From Nitrospirota bacterium (GTDB lineage Bacteria > Nitrospirota > Thermodesulfovibrionia > Thermodesulfovibrionales > JdFR-86): DNA of 64,000 bases. The stretch spans positions 288,001 to 352,000 of the forward strand of contig CAVRJY010000001.1 of assembly GCA_963721805.1 (NCBI GenBank), given 5' to 3'. Position numbers and translations under genes: made by a program. The notes beneath the pieces were generated by a model that had not been told where the DNA came from, searched no databases, and worked only from the letters and a program-made list of their open reading frames with translations. Positions 40,473-50,932 of this stretch are shown here, piece by piece (positions within the stretch are counted from its first letter, which is position 1; every line of letters begins with the position of its first letter).

Positions 40473-40733
40473 TCTATTTTACTGTTTCGATTTCTTGCGC
40501 TTATCATAGCATGCGCAATATGAAAAACTTGTGAAGGGATTAGCCCCACTAATATGCTGCAGGCCGCAAGCCGCGCCCTCCCGCCCATGCCGGACGGCGT
40601 ATCAGCCGGGGCAGGGTTGCGGCCGGCCGCGCGTGTGCTACAATTAATATAGACATCAGCGCCCGCCACGGCCTGATTCCGAAGCGCAGACTCATAGCAA
40701 GCAACGACGCAGGTTCAAGGAAAAAGAGAGTAC

Positions 40734-42320
40734 ATGTCAAGCAAGATCCGGTCACTTATCAGGGACGAGAAGCCGCTAAATCCATCACCCGCAACGGACC
40801 CTTCACAAGCCTCAGTATCGCCCATCAGGGCCCTGCTCGTATACCCGGAATTCCCCGACACCTTCTGGAGCTTCAGGTACGCCCTGAAGTTCATCCACAG
40901 AAAGGCGAGCAGCCCGCCGCTGGGGCTGCTGACCGTCGCGGCGATGCTCCCCGGCGCCTGGGAGAAGCGGCTGGTGGACATGAACGTAAAGGCGCTGCGC
41001 GACGATGATCTCAGGTGGGCGGACCTCGTCCTGATAAGCGCGATGTCCGTGCAGAAGGCCTCGGTCAAGGCAGTGATCGCGAGGTGCAAGGCCGCCGGGG
41101 TCAGGGTCGTCGCCGGGGGGCCGCTTTTTACGACGGAATACGAGGCCTTCGAGGACGTCGACCACCTGGTCTTGAACGAGGCCGAGCTCACGCTGCCCCG
41201 GTTTCTCGAAGACCTCGCAAACGGTGCTGCCAAGCGCGTTTATACGACCGACCAGTGGGCCGACCTGCGGACGACTCCCATCCCGCTTTGGCGGCAAATC
41301 AAGGTGAGGCACTACGCCTCGGTCAATATCCAGTACTCGCGCGGCTGCCCGTTTAACTGCGAGTTTTGCGACATCACGCTGCTTTGCGGCCGCACCCCGC
41401 GCACGAAGGACAGCGGGCAGATCGTCGCCGAGCTCGAGAGCGTCTACCGCTCGGGGTTCAGGGGGCAGGTCTTCTTCGTCGACGACAACTTCATCGGGAA
41501 CAAGAAGAAGCTCAAGGAGGACGTGCTCCCGGCCATCATCGAATGGATGGACAGCCGAGGCCACCCTTTCGGCTTCAATACGCAGGCTTCCATAGAGCTC
41601 TCGGACCACGAGGACCTTATGCGCCTTATGGTGCGCGCCGGGTTCGACATGGTATTCGTCGGCATCGAGACCCCGCACGAGCAGAGCCTCGCGGAGTGCA
41701 GCAAGCAGCAGAACAAGAACCGCGACCTGCTTGCGAGCGTCAGGAAGATCCAGAATGCCGGCATCGAGGTGCAGGGGGGCTTTATCGTCGGGTTCGACAG
41801 CGATCCCCATACGATCTTCGATACCCAGATAAAATTCATCCAGGCAAGCGGCGTGGTCACGGCCATGGTCGGAATTCTTAACGCGCTGCCGCGCACGCGG
41901 CTATACGAGAGGCTCAAGCAGGAACACAGGCTGCTGGCCGAGACCTCGGGCGACAACACCGACCTCTCGACGAACTTCATCACGAAGATGGACCCGGAGC
42001 TCCTTGCCACCGGCTACAAGAAGGTCATCGGCACACTGTATTCGCCCCGGCACTACTATAAGAGGCTCAGGACGTTCATGAAGGAATACCACCCGCCCAA
42101 GAGGAAATATAAGGCGTTCAGGATCCGGCCCAACTACATGGGCGCGTTCTTCAAGGCCGCCGTAGTGCTCGGGCTGACCGGAAAAGAGCGGTTCCAATAC
42201 TGGAGGCTCCTGTTTTGGACGATGTCGCACCGTCCCGCGCAGATGTCACAGGCCATTACGCTTGCGATCTACGGCCACCATTTCAGGAAGGTGTTCGACA
42301 AGCGCCTCAGGGATGCTTGA
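40734..42320 (+). CDS. B12-binding radical SAM protein (DUF4070-type C-terminus)
   Basis: PPLGLLTVAA, VAGGP, RGCPFNCEFC, FVDDNFIGN, FIVGFDSD. Confidence 0.92.
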   Translation: MSSKIRSLIRDEKPLNPSPATDPSQASVSPIRALLVYPEFPDTFWSFRYALKFIHRKASSPPLGLLTVAAMLPGAWEKRLVDMNVKALRDDDLRWADLVLISAMSVQKASVKAVIARCKAAGVRVVAGGPLFTTEYEAFEDVDHLVLNEAELTLPRFLEDLANGAAKRVYTTDQWADLRTTPIPLWRQIKVRHYASVNIQYSRGCPFNCEFCDITLLCGRTPRTKDSGQIVAELESVYRSGFRGQVFFVDDNFIGNKKKLKEDVLPAIIEWMDSRGHPFGFNTQASIELSDHEDLMRLMVRAGFDMVFVGIETPHEQSLAECSKQQNKNRDLLASVRKIQNAGIEVQGGFIVGFDSDPHTIFDTQIKFIQASGVVTAMVGILNALPRTRLYERLKQEHRLLAETSGDNTDLSTNFITKMDPELLATGYKKVIGTLYSPRHYYKRLRTFMKEYHPPKRKYKAFRIRPNYMGAFFKAAVVLGLTGKERFQYWRLLFWTMSHRPAQMSQAITLAIYGHHFRKVFDKRLRDA

Positions 42321-42407
42321 TGGTTATTGTTAGAACTTGAGGCGGCGCGGATGCGCCTTTGAGGAGACCGCGCCGAGGCTGGAAGGCATGCCCGGGCGGA
42401 TTGCGGG

Positions 42408-43661
42408 TCAGGCTTGGGCCTCGACGCCCTTTCGGATCTCCTCAAGGTTGTTACCGAGCATCTTTACGAAGAACTTAAAACTTTCCATGTCGTAGTTGTC
42501 CGGCTGGTTCTGGATGATGCTCAGGGCCTTATAGGGGCTCATCGGCGACTGGTAGGGCCGCGCGGTCGTGATCGCGTCATAGGTGTCCGCGATCGCGGTT
42601 ATGCGGCCCGTCAGGTGGATCGCCTCGCCCTTGAGGCCGAAGGGATAGCCCACGCCGGAGAGCTTCTCGTGGTGCTCCATCAGGGGGTAGAAGGACTCCG
42701 GCGGCATGTCGCGCTTCATGCGGACGAGTTTCAAGCCCTTCTGGACATGGGCCTTCATGATGCGGAACTCGTCTTCCGTGAGCTTGCCCGGCTTGTTGAG
42801 TATCTCGGGCGGCACCTCGCTCTTGCCGATGTCGTGCAGCAGCGAGCCGATCCCCAGCGGCATGAGCTCGCGCTCCCGGTCCATGCCCATGGCCATCGCG
42901 AGCGCGAGCGTCAGGACGCTGACCTCGACGGAGTGGGCGTAAGTGTAATAGTCGTATTTGTTCAGGGTGAGGATGCTGGTGGTCAGGCCGCCGCTGTCGT
43001 GTATCGAGGCGATCAGGTCCCCGACCGCGTCCTTGCAAAGCTCGACGGTGTTGCCGCTCCTGGGGTCGGTCAGGAGCTCCTTGACTACGATCTTGGTGTT
43101 TTCCTTGATGATCGCGTTTTTCACGCGCTGGGCGTCCTTGCCCGTGCCGGTATGCGATCCGAGCTGCTTTAGGTACTCGCGGTAGCGGGCGATGTCCTTG
43201 ATGTCTATCAGGAGCTCGCCGGGCGCATCGAGGATCTCGCCGGTGAGCTCGATATCGCGGCCGGAGTAGACCGCTATGGGCGCGATATCGATGTCGTGCT
43301 TGCTGTACAGCGAGAAATCGACCGCGCTGCCGCGCTGCAGGGTGCCCTTCTCGATCTGGAGGCGCTCCTCCTTCTCGTGCGAATACCGCTTGAACTCCTC
43401 GGGCGTGATTATGCGCTCCTCGACTCGCCGGGTGTTGGGTGCGGGCGGGGGAGGGGCCTGCTGCTCCTTTGCGGCCTCGGACTCGTCGAGGTCCTCGCGG
43501 ACGAAGACGTACTCGATCCCGGCGTCCCTGATAGCCTGGAGCTGCTCCTCGTTGCGGATATGGAACTTGTGGCTTAAAAAAGGCGTCTTGAACCAGGACA
43601 TGTCTATCCCGTCAAGGAACATCCCTATGCGCAGATCTTCTACGGGTATCCTGGTTCGCAT
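42408..43661 (-). CDS. HD-GYP cyclic dinucleotide phosphodiesterase with DUF3391-like N-terminus
   Basis: YTYAHS, LLHDIGK, HHEKLSGVGYP, ADTYDAITTARPYQ; N-terminal LRIGMF..SWFKTPF. Confidence 0.92.
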   Translation of the reverse strand: MRTRIPVEDLRIGMFLDGIDMSWFKTPFLSHKFHIRNEEQLQAIRDAGIEYVFVREDLDESEAAKEQQAPPPPAPNTRRVEERIITPEEFKRYSHEKEERLQIEKGTLQRGSAVDFSLYSKHDIDIAPIAVYSGRDIELTGEILDAPGELLIDIKDIARYREYLKQLGSHTGTGKDAQRVKNAIIKENTKIVVKELLTDPRSGNTVELCKDAVGDLIASIHDSGGLTTSILTLNKYDYYTYAHSVEVSVLTLALAMAMGMDRERELMPLGIGSLLHDIGKSEVPPEILNKPGKLTEDEFRIMKAHVQKGLKLVRMKRDMPPESFYPLMEHHEKLSGVGYPFGLKGEAIHLTGRITAIADTYDAITTARPYQSPMSPYKALSIIQNQPDNYDMESFKFFVKMLGNNLEEIRKGVEAQA

Positions 43662-43694
43662 ATCGTTGAGTTAATTATACCCCGTCTCGGGCGG

Positions 43695-45342
43695 CTATCG
43701 CGAATATATCCATACGAACGGCCGGTAATAGAACTCTCCGGTCGAGACGGAGAACTCGCGCCTGAGCGTGAATCCCTCCGGCGGCTGCGGCAGCGGCGTG
43801 AGGCCGTCGGAGATCACCGCGTATACCCGGCTTTCGGGCGCGGGCGCGGCGTAGTATGACGGGTTTCGGTAGCGCCAGGTGAAGCGGAGCGCGGAGGTCG
43901 CAAGCACGTCGTCCGGGACCGTGCGCCTGACGTCATAGGCGTAGTGGATCGGTTTGTTTAGGTACAGATCCAGCAGAGGCACCGAGACCGCCGGGTTTAT
44001 CTCGCTCTCGCTCTGGGGCAGCGTGACGACCTCGACCGCATCGCCTGGCAGACTGTCGATGAACCTGGCCGCGTCTCTTAGGTTCACGGTATCGTAGCGG
44101 TCCAGTAACGGGACGTAAAACGCGAGCACCAGCGCTACGGAGGCAAGCGCGGCCCCGAGGGCGGCCGTCCGCATCGCCCGCTGCCCACTGATGGCCGAGA
44201 GCCCGTATGCGGCCATCAGCGCGAATGAGGGCAGCGCGGGCATCAGGTAGCGCGAGCGCTTTATCTGGAACGCGACGGCCAGAAGCGGCAGCCAGAGCGC
44301 GATGAGGTAACGCGCGTCGCGCCTCTTTAGCGCGACCGCGAGGGAGCAAAGCGCCGCGAGCGTCACGAACGGGTGTATCTGAAACAGGAACGTCGAGGTG
44401 AACGACTCGCCCCAGCGGCTTAGGCCCGGCCCCTGATACTCACGCAGAAACGCGATCTGCGAGGCGACTACATCCCGCATCGGCCAGAGCGCTAGGCCGA
44501 GCATCGCGATCCCCGCCGCTATCGCGATCAGCCCCCGCATCGCCTGCGGCCTGCCGCGCTTGATTGCATATGCAAGCAGTATCACGCCGAGCACCGAGAG
44601 CATCGGCCAGAGCGAGTATTTGCTGAGCGCAGAGGCGGCTATGGCTGCCCCCGCCGCAAGGATGCGCCGCACGCGGCCGCGCTCTACCGCCAGGATGAAC
44701 AGGTATGCCGCGAGCGCGAGGAAGAACATGCTGCCCATGTCGACGAGCATCAGCGGGGCCTGCGCCCATACCAGAGGCATCGCGATCAGCATGAGCCCGG
44801 CTGCGCGGCCTGTCTCCTCGTCCCAGAGCCTCCTGCCCGTAGATGCAACGAGCCATACCGAGCCGGAGAGGAACGCGGAGTTCAGTATGTCGGCCAGCAG
44901 CCTGTGCTCGCCAAAGATCTTAAAGAGCAGCCCGTAGAGGAAGGGGATCAGGGGCAGGTCGGTCCATGCCTCCAAGAGTGGGGCCGCCCCAGTCGCGAAG
45001 GAACGCGAGCGCCCCGTAGAGTTCGAGGTGCTTGGCCTGTGTGAAGTAACGCGCGGCGTCCACTATCGTCTCGGGCGTGTGCCAGAGCAGCGCCGAGACG
45101 CAGAATGTCAGTATCGCCTGAGTTCGCGGCGAGGGGAGGCGTCTCGATCCGAGCCCGAGGGCCGCGGCCATCGAGGCTGCGGCAAGGCCGAGCAGCCGCC
45201 AGAGGTCGTCCGGCCCCATCAGCCAGTCCCACGGGGCGAGGCGGTTGTCGTCGATGGCCCTCAGGCGGTAGAGCGCGAGATAGGCCGCTATGCCCGCTAT
45301 GCAGACAAGCGCCGCGCCTCCCCTGCCCGAGCCGGATCTCAT
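43695..45342 (-). CDS. ArnT/PMT-like (GT39/83) membrane glycosyltransferase, frameshift near 44980
   Basis: Multi-TM protein; DAARYFTQAK, TDLPL.PFLYG, LSKY. Confidence 0.7.
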
Positions 45343-45390
45343 CGCGAATTTTAACACGCGCGCGTCTGCGTTAGGGTAAAATCAGGCACA

Positions 45391-46543
45391 GTGGCTATAA
45401 CGCGCGAGGGCATAGAGGCCGCCTGCGGCCGGCCGTTCATCAACGGAAACTCGGTCGAGGTCCTGGTGCGCGGGGAGTCGGTCTTCGGGAGGCTGTTTGA
45501 GGCCGTGCGCTCTGCAAGGCGCAACATATGCCTTCAGTTTTACATCTTCCGCGACGACGCGACCGGACGCGAGCTGGCGTCGATCCTAAAGGAGCGCGCG
45601 GCTGCGGGCGTGAAGGTCTATCTGCTCTACGACCATATGGGCTCGTTCTACACCCGCCGCGCGTTCTGGGAAGATCTGAGATCCTCGGGCGTCGAGGCTC
45701 GTGCCGTCGAGGCCCTTCCGGTGGGCCTCGCCGATCCTCTATATCAGGCGCGACCACCGCAAGCTCGTCGTGATCGACGGCCGCACGGCCCTCATCGGGG
45801 GCTTCAATATCGCGGACGAGTACCATACCGGCCTGGGCGCGGCATCCGCGGGCTCGTGGCGCGACACCGCGATATTCATCCACGGCCCGGCCGCGCTCAA
45901 CATGCGGCGGACCTTCAGCACCGCGTGGAAGCGCAGCGGCGGGCAGGACATCACCGACCCGGCCCCGCCCGAGGCGGAACTCGACGAGTGCACGATGCTC
46001 CCGGTGCTCCCGCTCTTCGCGCACTCGGTCAAGGGCCGCCGCAGGATGCGCAAGGTGCTTTACCACTCGATCGGCGAGGCCGGGCATGACATATGGCTTA
46101 CTACCGCGTACTTCACGCCGAGCCTCTGGATGATGCACGAACTCGAACTCGCGGTGCGCCGCGGGGTGAGGGTGCGCCTGCTCGTGCCCGGCCGGAGCGA
46201 CGTCCCGGCCGCGTACTACGCCGGGCGGTCGTTCTTCACGCACCTGCTGAAGCTCGGCGTCGAGATATACGAATACGGGGGCACGATGCTGCACGCCAAG
46301 GCGTACATATTCGACGGCCAGTGGTGCGTCGTCGGCTCGTCGAACCTCGACTTCAGGTCTCTGAGGTGGAACGACGAGGGCAACGCCGGGATATTCGGCG
46401 AGGGGTTCGCGCTCGAGATGAGGCGTATCTTCGAGGACGATGCGGCGCAGTCCTTAAGGCTGGATATCGAACGGTGGCGGAGGCGGCCGATGATGGAGAA
46501 ATTCAAAGAGGCGTTTTATACCATTTTCCGCCGCAGCCTTTAA
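45391..46543 (+). CDS. cls: Cardiolipin synthase (PLD family), frameshift near 45705
   Basis: Two HKD motifs (DHRKLVVIDG, LHAKAYIFDG..GSSNLD), LTTAYF. Confidence 0.88.
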
Positions 46544-46610
46544 AATTACAAGGCGCCCCGCCCCTAGACAATACACGATACCCTCTGCTATTGTTTGAGT
46601 TATGTCTGTT

Positions 46611-47477
46611 ATGCGTTATCTGAGCCCCGGCAGGATGCTCGCGCTCAACGCCGTGCTCGGCGTGGCGCTCGTGCTCGCCGCCCTGCTCGTCGTGCGCGAC
46701 ACGGTCTCGCTGCGGCGGGCCGCGTCGAGCCCGCCCCCGGCGGCACCCGCCAAGGCCGCAGCCCATGAGGGGGCCAAGCCCTTCGAGTCCTACGCCTCGG
46801 CCGTCGAGCAGGGCAACCCCTTCGGCATCCCCGGCGGCAAGCTAGAGCGCATCACCGCCAAGACCGGTGCGGCGCAGTCCGCGCTCGAGGTGAAGGTCGT
46901 GGGCATCATCGCCTGGCCCGGGGGGCGCGGATACGCGATGCTGAGTTCGCCGAGCATCCCTCAGGACGTCTATAGGGCCGGCCGCGAGATACCCGGCGTA
47001 GGCAGGTTAAAGGCGGTATACCCCTATAAGGTAATAATCACCTCCGGGGGGAAGGACGTCGAGCTCAAGCTCATCGAGGACTCGGCGATGCCGGTCTCAG
47101 CACCGGAGGCAATTAAACCCGCTGGCGGGCGCGGAGAGTTCGCGCGGCGCACCTCGGACAACGCGTTCAGCGTCGATAGGGAGGCGCTCCGCGAGTCGCT
47201 GGAGAACCCCCAAAAACTGATGACCGACGCCCGGATGGTCCCGAACATGGAGGGCGCGTCCCAGCACGGCTTCATACTGCGCGAGATCAGGCCGGGCGGG
47301 ATATACCAAAAGCTCGGGCTCAAAAACGGCGACGTGCTGCTTCGGGTCAACGAGTTTGAGATATCGGACACGGAAAGCGCCCTGCAGGCCTTCACCGCGC
47401 TTAAGGGCCTCGACCGCGTGGCGCTCGACATCGTGCGCGGCGGAGCGAACATGACCTTGACTTATTCGGTCCAATAG
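46611..47477 (+). CDS. gspC: Type II secretion protein C-like (TM + PDZ)
   Basis: N-terminal TM; ARMVP..GF..IRPG.IYQKLGLKNGDVL PDZ domain; upstream of gspD. Confidence 0.8.
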   Translation: MRYLSPGRMLALNAVLGVALVLAALLVVRDTVSLRRAASSPPPAAPAKAAAHEGAKPFESYASAVEQGNPFGIPGGKLERITAKTGAAQSALEVKVVGIIAWPGGRGYAMLSSPSIPQDVYRAGREIPGVGRLKAVYPYKVIITSGGKDVELKLIEDSAMPVSAPEAIKPAGGRGEFARRTSDNAFSVDREALRESLENPQKLMTDARMVPNMEGASQHGFILREIRPGGIYQKLGLKNGDVLLRVNEFEISDTESALQAFTALKGLDRVALDIVRGGANMTLTYSVQ

Positions 47478-47488
47478 GTGAAGAATTA

Positions 47489-49672
47489 ATGGCTTATATG
47501 CTGCGCAACACACTTATAACCCTGCTGATCGCCGCCGCGCTCGTAATGGGCGCAGGCTCGGCGCACCTCTATGCCGCCGGCCCGGAGGGCGGGGTCACGT
47601 TTAACCTCTCGAACGTCGAGATCGCGAACGTCGCCAAGTTCGTAAGCGACGTCACGGGCAAGAACTTCATGTTCGACGACCGCGTGACCGGCAAGATCAC
47701 GATCATCGCCCCCACGAAGATCAGCCCCGACGACGCCTTCAAGCTCTTCGTCTCGGTCCTGAGATTAAAGGGCTACGCGCTCGTGCCTACCGGCGTGGAC
47801 GCATACAAGATCGTGCCCGCGGCCGAGGCCAAGCAGTCCGGCGTCGACCTGCTCGCGCCGGACAAGACGATCCCGATGGACGACAATACGGTCGCGCGGC
47901 TCATAAGCCTGACGTACATATCGGCCGACGACGCCCTGAAGTTCCTCCAGCCGGTCGTATCGAAGTCCGGGCACATATCGTCCTTCGGCCCGGGGAACCT
48001 GCTGCTGGTAGTGGATTCAGGGATGGTCGTCGACAAGGTCCTGAAGCTCGTCGAGAGCATCGACCTGCCGGCCCAGAGCGAGGAGCCGGACGTCGTGTTC
48101 CTGCAAAACGCCGGGGCCGAGGCCGTGGCCGCTACGCTTAACGACGGGCTCTCGCGCTCGGCGGCCAGACGGGGCCCGGAGCAGCAGCCCGCACGCGCGG
48201 TGGCCGACCGCAGGCTCAACGCGGTCGTACTGTTCGGCGACCGCTCGGCCAAGGAGGGCATGAAGCGCCTGGTCGCGCGCCTCGACGTCAAGGCCGACTC
48301 CACGCAGGGCGCGATAAACGTGTATTTCCTGGAGAACGCCGCGGCCGAGGACATCGCCAAGGTGCTCGAAAACATCAGGAAGGTCTCGCAGGAGGCCGCC
48401 TCGAAGCAGCAGCCTGGGATTCAGTCCATCCAGGCCGCCCAGCCGACGCGCTCGCCGTTTGAGTCCGCCTCGGGAATGAGCATCACGCCGGATAAGGCCT
48501 CGAACTCCCTGATAATCATAGCCTCGCCCTCGGACTACGCGAGCCTCGTGCAGGTGATAAAGAAGCTCGACCGCCGCAGGCGGCAGGTGTACGTCGAGGC
48601 CATGGTAGTGGAGGCCTCGGTCGACAAGACCCGCGACCTCGGCACCGAGTGGCGGGCGACCGCCCTCGACAGCAAGCGCGCCCCGATAGTGGTCGGCGGC
48701 GTCGGCACGATAGACGCCACCGCCGTCAGCGCGATCCTGAGCGGGCTTTCGGGCGCGACCGTCGGCGGGCTCGGTAATTTCTTCTCGGTGCCGGTGACAA
48801 ACCCCGACGGCACTACCGGGACGCTCTCGGTGCCGGGCTATGCCGCGCTATTTAGCGCGAGCATCTTCAGCTCGGCCGTAAACGTCCTCTCCACGCCCCA
48901 GATCCTCACGTCCGACAACGCCGAGGCCGAGATCATCGTCGGCGAGAACGTCCCGTTCATCACCCAAAACAACGTCAATACCGTGAATTCCGGCGTCGTC
49001 TCAAACTACATAGAGCGCAAGGACGTCGGCATCACGCTTAAGCTCACGCCCCAGATCACCGAGGGCGACTACGTCAAGCTCGACATCTACCAGGAGATCT
49101 CGGCCCTCGAGAACATCTCGTCGAACAACCTCGTCTCGATCATCACTACGGTCGGCCCCACCACGACCAAGCGCTCGACCAAGACGGACGTCGTGGTCCG
49201 CGACGGCCAGACCGTCGTGATCGGCGGGCTCATGCAGGACAAGGTAAACGATACGATTACCAAGGTGCCGCTGCTGGGCGACATACCGCTGCTGGGCTGG
49301 CTTTTCAAAAACAGTTCGAAGGAGCACACGAAGACCAACCTCCTCGTCTTCCTGACCCCGCACATCATCAGGGACTCCAGGGAGCTCGAGGGCCTGACCT
49401 CACACAAGCGCACGGAGATCTCCGGGGATGACGACCTTTACATCGACGGCGAACTCGTGGTCAGCTTCGGCCCCGGAGTGGCCGCCGAGAAGGCAGCCGA
49501 GATACTCAGGTCCAAGGGCGTGACCGTCCTGGGCACCCTCTCGGACGGCAGGTACATAGTGCGCACTCTCGTGCCCGAGCGCACGGCCGAGACGATGGGG
49601 GAACTCAAGTCCACCCCGGGCGTGGTGGACGTCTTCAGGCGGCTCCGCACCGAGAGCCTTACCGCCCAATAA
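47489..49672 (+). CDS. gspD: Type II secretion secretin
   Basis: N0-N3 domains, QVYVEAMVVE, NVLSTP, GENVPF, DVGITL, KVPLLGDIPLLGWLFK. Confidence 0.95.
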   Translation: MAYMLRNTLITLLIAAALVMGAGSAHLYAAGPEGGVTFNLSNVEIANVAKFVSDVTGKNFMFDDRVTGKITIIAPTKISPDDAFKLFVSVLRLKGYALVPTGVDAYKIVPAAEAKQSGVDLLAPDKTIPMDDNTVARLISLTYISADDALKFLQPVVSKSGHISSFGPGNLLLVVDSGMVVDKVLKLVESIDLPAQSEEPDVVFLQNAGAEAVAATLNDGLSRSAARRGPEQQPARAVADRRLNAVVLFGDRSAKEGMKRLVARLDVKADSTQGAINVYFLENAAAEDIAKVLENIRKVSQEAASKQQPGIQSIQAAQPTRSPFESASGMSITPDKASNSLIIIASPSDYASLVQVIKKLDRRRRQVYVEAMVVEASVDKTRDLGTEWRATALDSKRAPIVVGGVGTIDATAVSAILSGLSGATVGGLGNFFSVPVTNPDGTTGTLSVPGYAALFSASIFSSAVNVLSTPQILTSDNAEAEIIVGENVPFITQNNVNTVNSGVVSNYIERKDVGITLKLTPQITEGDYVKLDIYQEISALENISSNNLVSIITTVGPTTTKRSTKTDVVVRDGQTVVIGGLMQDKVNDTITKVPLLGDIPLLGWLFKNSSKEHTKTNLLVFLTPHIIRDSRELEGLTSHKRTEISGDDDLYIDGELVVSFGPGVAAEKAAEILRSKGVTVLGTLSDGRYIVRTLVPERTAETMGELKSTPGVVDVFRRLRTESLTAQ

Positions 49673-49699
49673 GCGGCCTCATCCATGGAGGATTCGAGC

Positions 49700-50449
49700 A
49701 TGACCGCACGGAGACTGTTTAAGCTGATCTGCACCGCCCTGCTCATTCCGGCCGCGCTCGCGGCCTGCGGCAAACTCTCTCACATGTCGTACAATTCCCT
49801 GAGCGAGGACCCGCCCTCCGACCTCACGGCCAAGGCCACGTCCTCAAGCTCTGTGCACCTGAAGTGGAAGGCCCCGATAAGCGGCGTCTCGGCCGGATAT
49901 GACATATACCGCTCGGATGGGGGGTCAGGGGCATACGTCGAGATAGATTCCTTCGACATCGGCAACGCCATAGACAACAGCATAGATAACAGCATCGTCA
50001 ACAGCCCTTTCTACGACGACACCGGGCTCACCGCAGGCCAGCTTTACTGCTACGAGGTCTCGTCATATAACGCAAGTGGCGTGCAGTCCAAGAAGAGCAA
50101 TTCAGCCTGCGTCTCGATCCCCGGCGTCCTGAGCGTCGACCCTGCAAACCTGAGCAACGGCATCGCTTGGGACCCCGCCCCCACCATCAGCGTGACCTTC
50201 ACGGATCCCATAAAGGCCTCGACGATATCAGAGAGCAACTTTACGATGCTCGTCAACTCCGGAGCGGATATCGGAAACTCAGTCGTTGGATCAGTGATAA
50301 TTAACAGCGTTAATAACGTGCGGTTTACGCCGGGCGCTTCACTGGAGAACGGTACGACATACCAGGTCACTCTCGGAAGCGGCGTACAGTTCGATGACGG
50401 AAGCGATCTGGACGGCCCCTACACCTGGAAGTTCACGACTGCCCCGTAG
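49700..50449 (+). CDS. Lipoprotein with Fn3 and Ig-like (Big_5-type) domains
   Basis: LAAC lipobox; YDIYR..DTGL..YCYEV; VTF..F.P..L..GTTY.V..WKFTT. Confidence 0.8.
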   Translation: MTARRLFKLICTALLIPAALAACGKLSHMSYNSLSEDPPSDLTAKATSSSSVHLKWKAPISGVSAGYDIYRSDGGSGAYVEIDSFDIGNAIDNSIDNSIVNSPFYDDTGLTAGQLYCYEVSSYNASGVQSKKSNSACVSIPGVLSVDPANLSNGIAWDPAPTISVTFTDPIKASTISESNFTMLVNSGADIGNSVVGSVIINSVNNVRFTPGASLENGTTYQVTLGSGVQFDDGSDLDGPYTWKFTTAP

Positions 50450-50455
50450 CGGGGC

Positions 50456-50707
50456 TCAGTCTTTAAATACGTAGCCCAGGGTCGCCGCCGGATTCGTCGT
50501 CGAGCGCCAGAAGAACCAGTCGTCGGCCATCGCTATGGAGTCGGCCTGCGGCGGCCTCCGTTTGCGTATTTTGTAGATGTCCCCCTCGGAGAACATCTCT
50601 ATGAGCGGCTCCCCCTCGCCGGGTTCGGTGTAGCGCACGCGCACCCCGTATAGCCCGTCGTCGAACTCCTCGGCCTCGTCGAGGTCCGCTATCAGCACGT
50701 ACTTCAT
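50456..50707 (-). CDS. Hypothetical protein
   Basis: 83-aa ORF filling the intergenic space, GC-type codon usage. Confidence 0.5.
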   Translation of the reverse strand: MKYVLIADLDEAEEFDDGLYGVRVRYTEPGEGEPLIEMFSEGDIYKIRKRRPPQADSIAMADDWFFWRSTTNPAATLGYVFKD

Positions 50708-50741
50708 CTATTGAGGATAGTCGATACTGCATTTCTTTGCA

Positions 50742-50807
50742 AGGGTGCCACGGGCACCTCCCTCTATTCGCGGGGCCACGGCCCCCTCTCACTATTCGCT
50801 TCGCTCA
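50742..50807 (-). repeat. Partial repeat (tail hairpin modules only)
   Basis: gggtgccacgggcacc and tattcgcggggccacggccccctctcactattcgc, shared with copies D and E. Confidence 0.7.
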
Positions 50808-50839
50808 CTTCCAATCAAAGCCTTTGGCCTTGGAGAGCT

Positions 50840-50888
50840 TTCAACAAGGTTTAACCGAAGCTTAACGGCGGCTACACGCTGGCTTAAT
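50840..50888 (+). promoter_or_regulatory. PHO-box-like 11-bp-phased repeats
   Basis: TTCAA 50840, TTAAC 50851, TTAAC 50862, TACAC 50873, TTAAT 50884; TACAAT -10 at 50900. Confidence 0.7.
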
Positions 50889-50932
50889 GGCTGGGGCGCT
50901 ACAATTAATAATGACAAAAGGAGGGATGAGAA

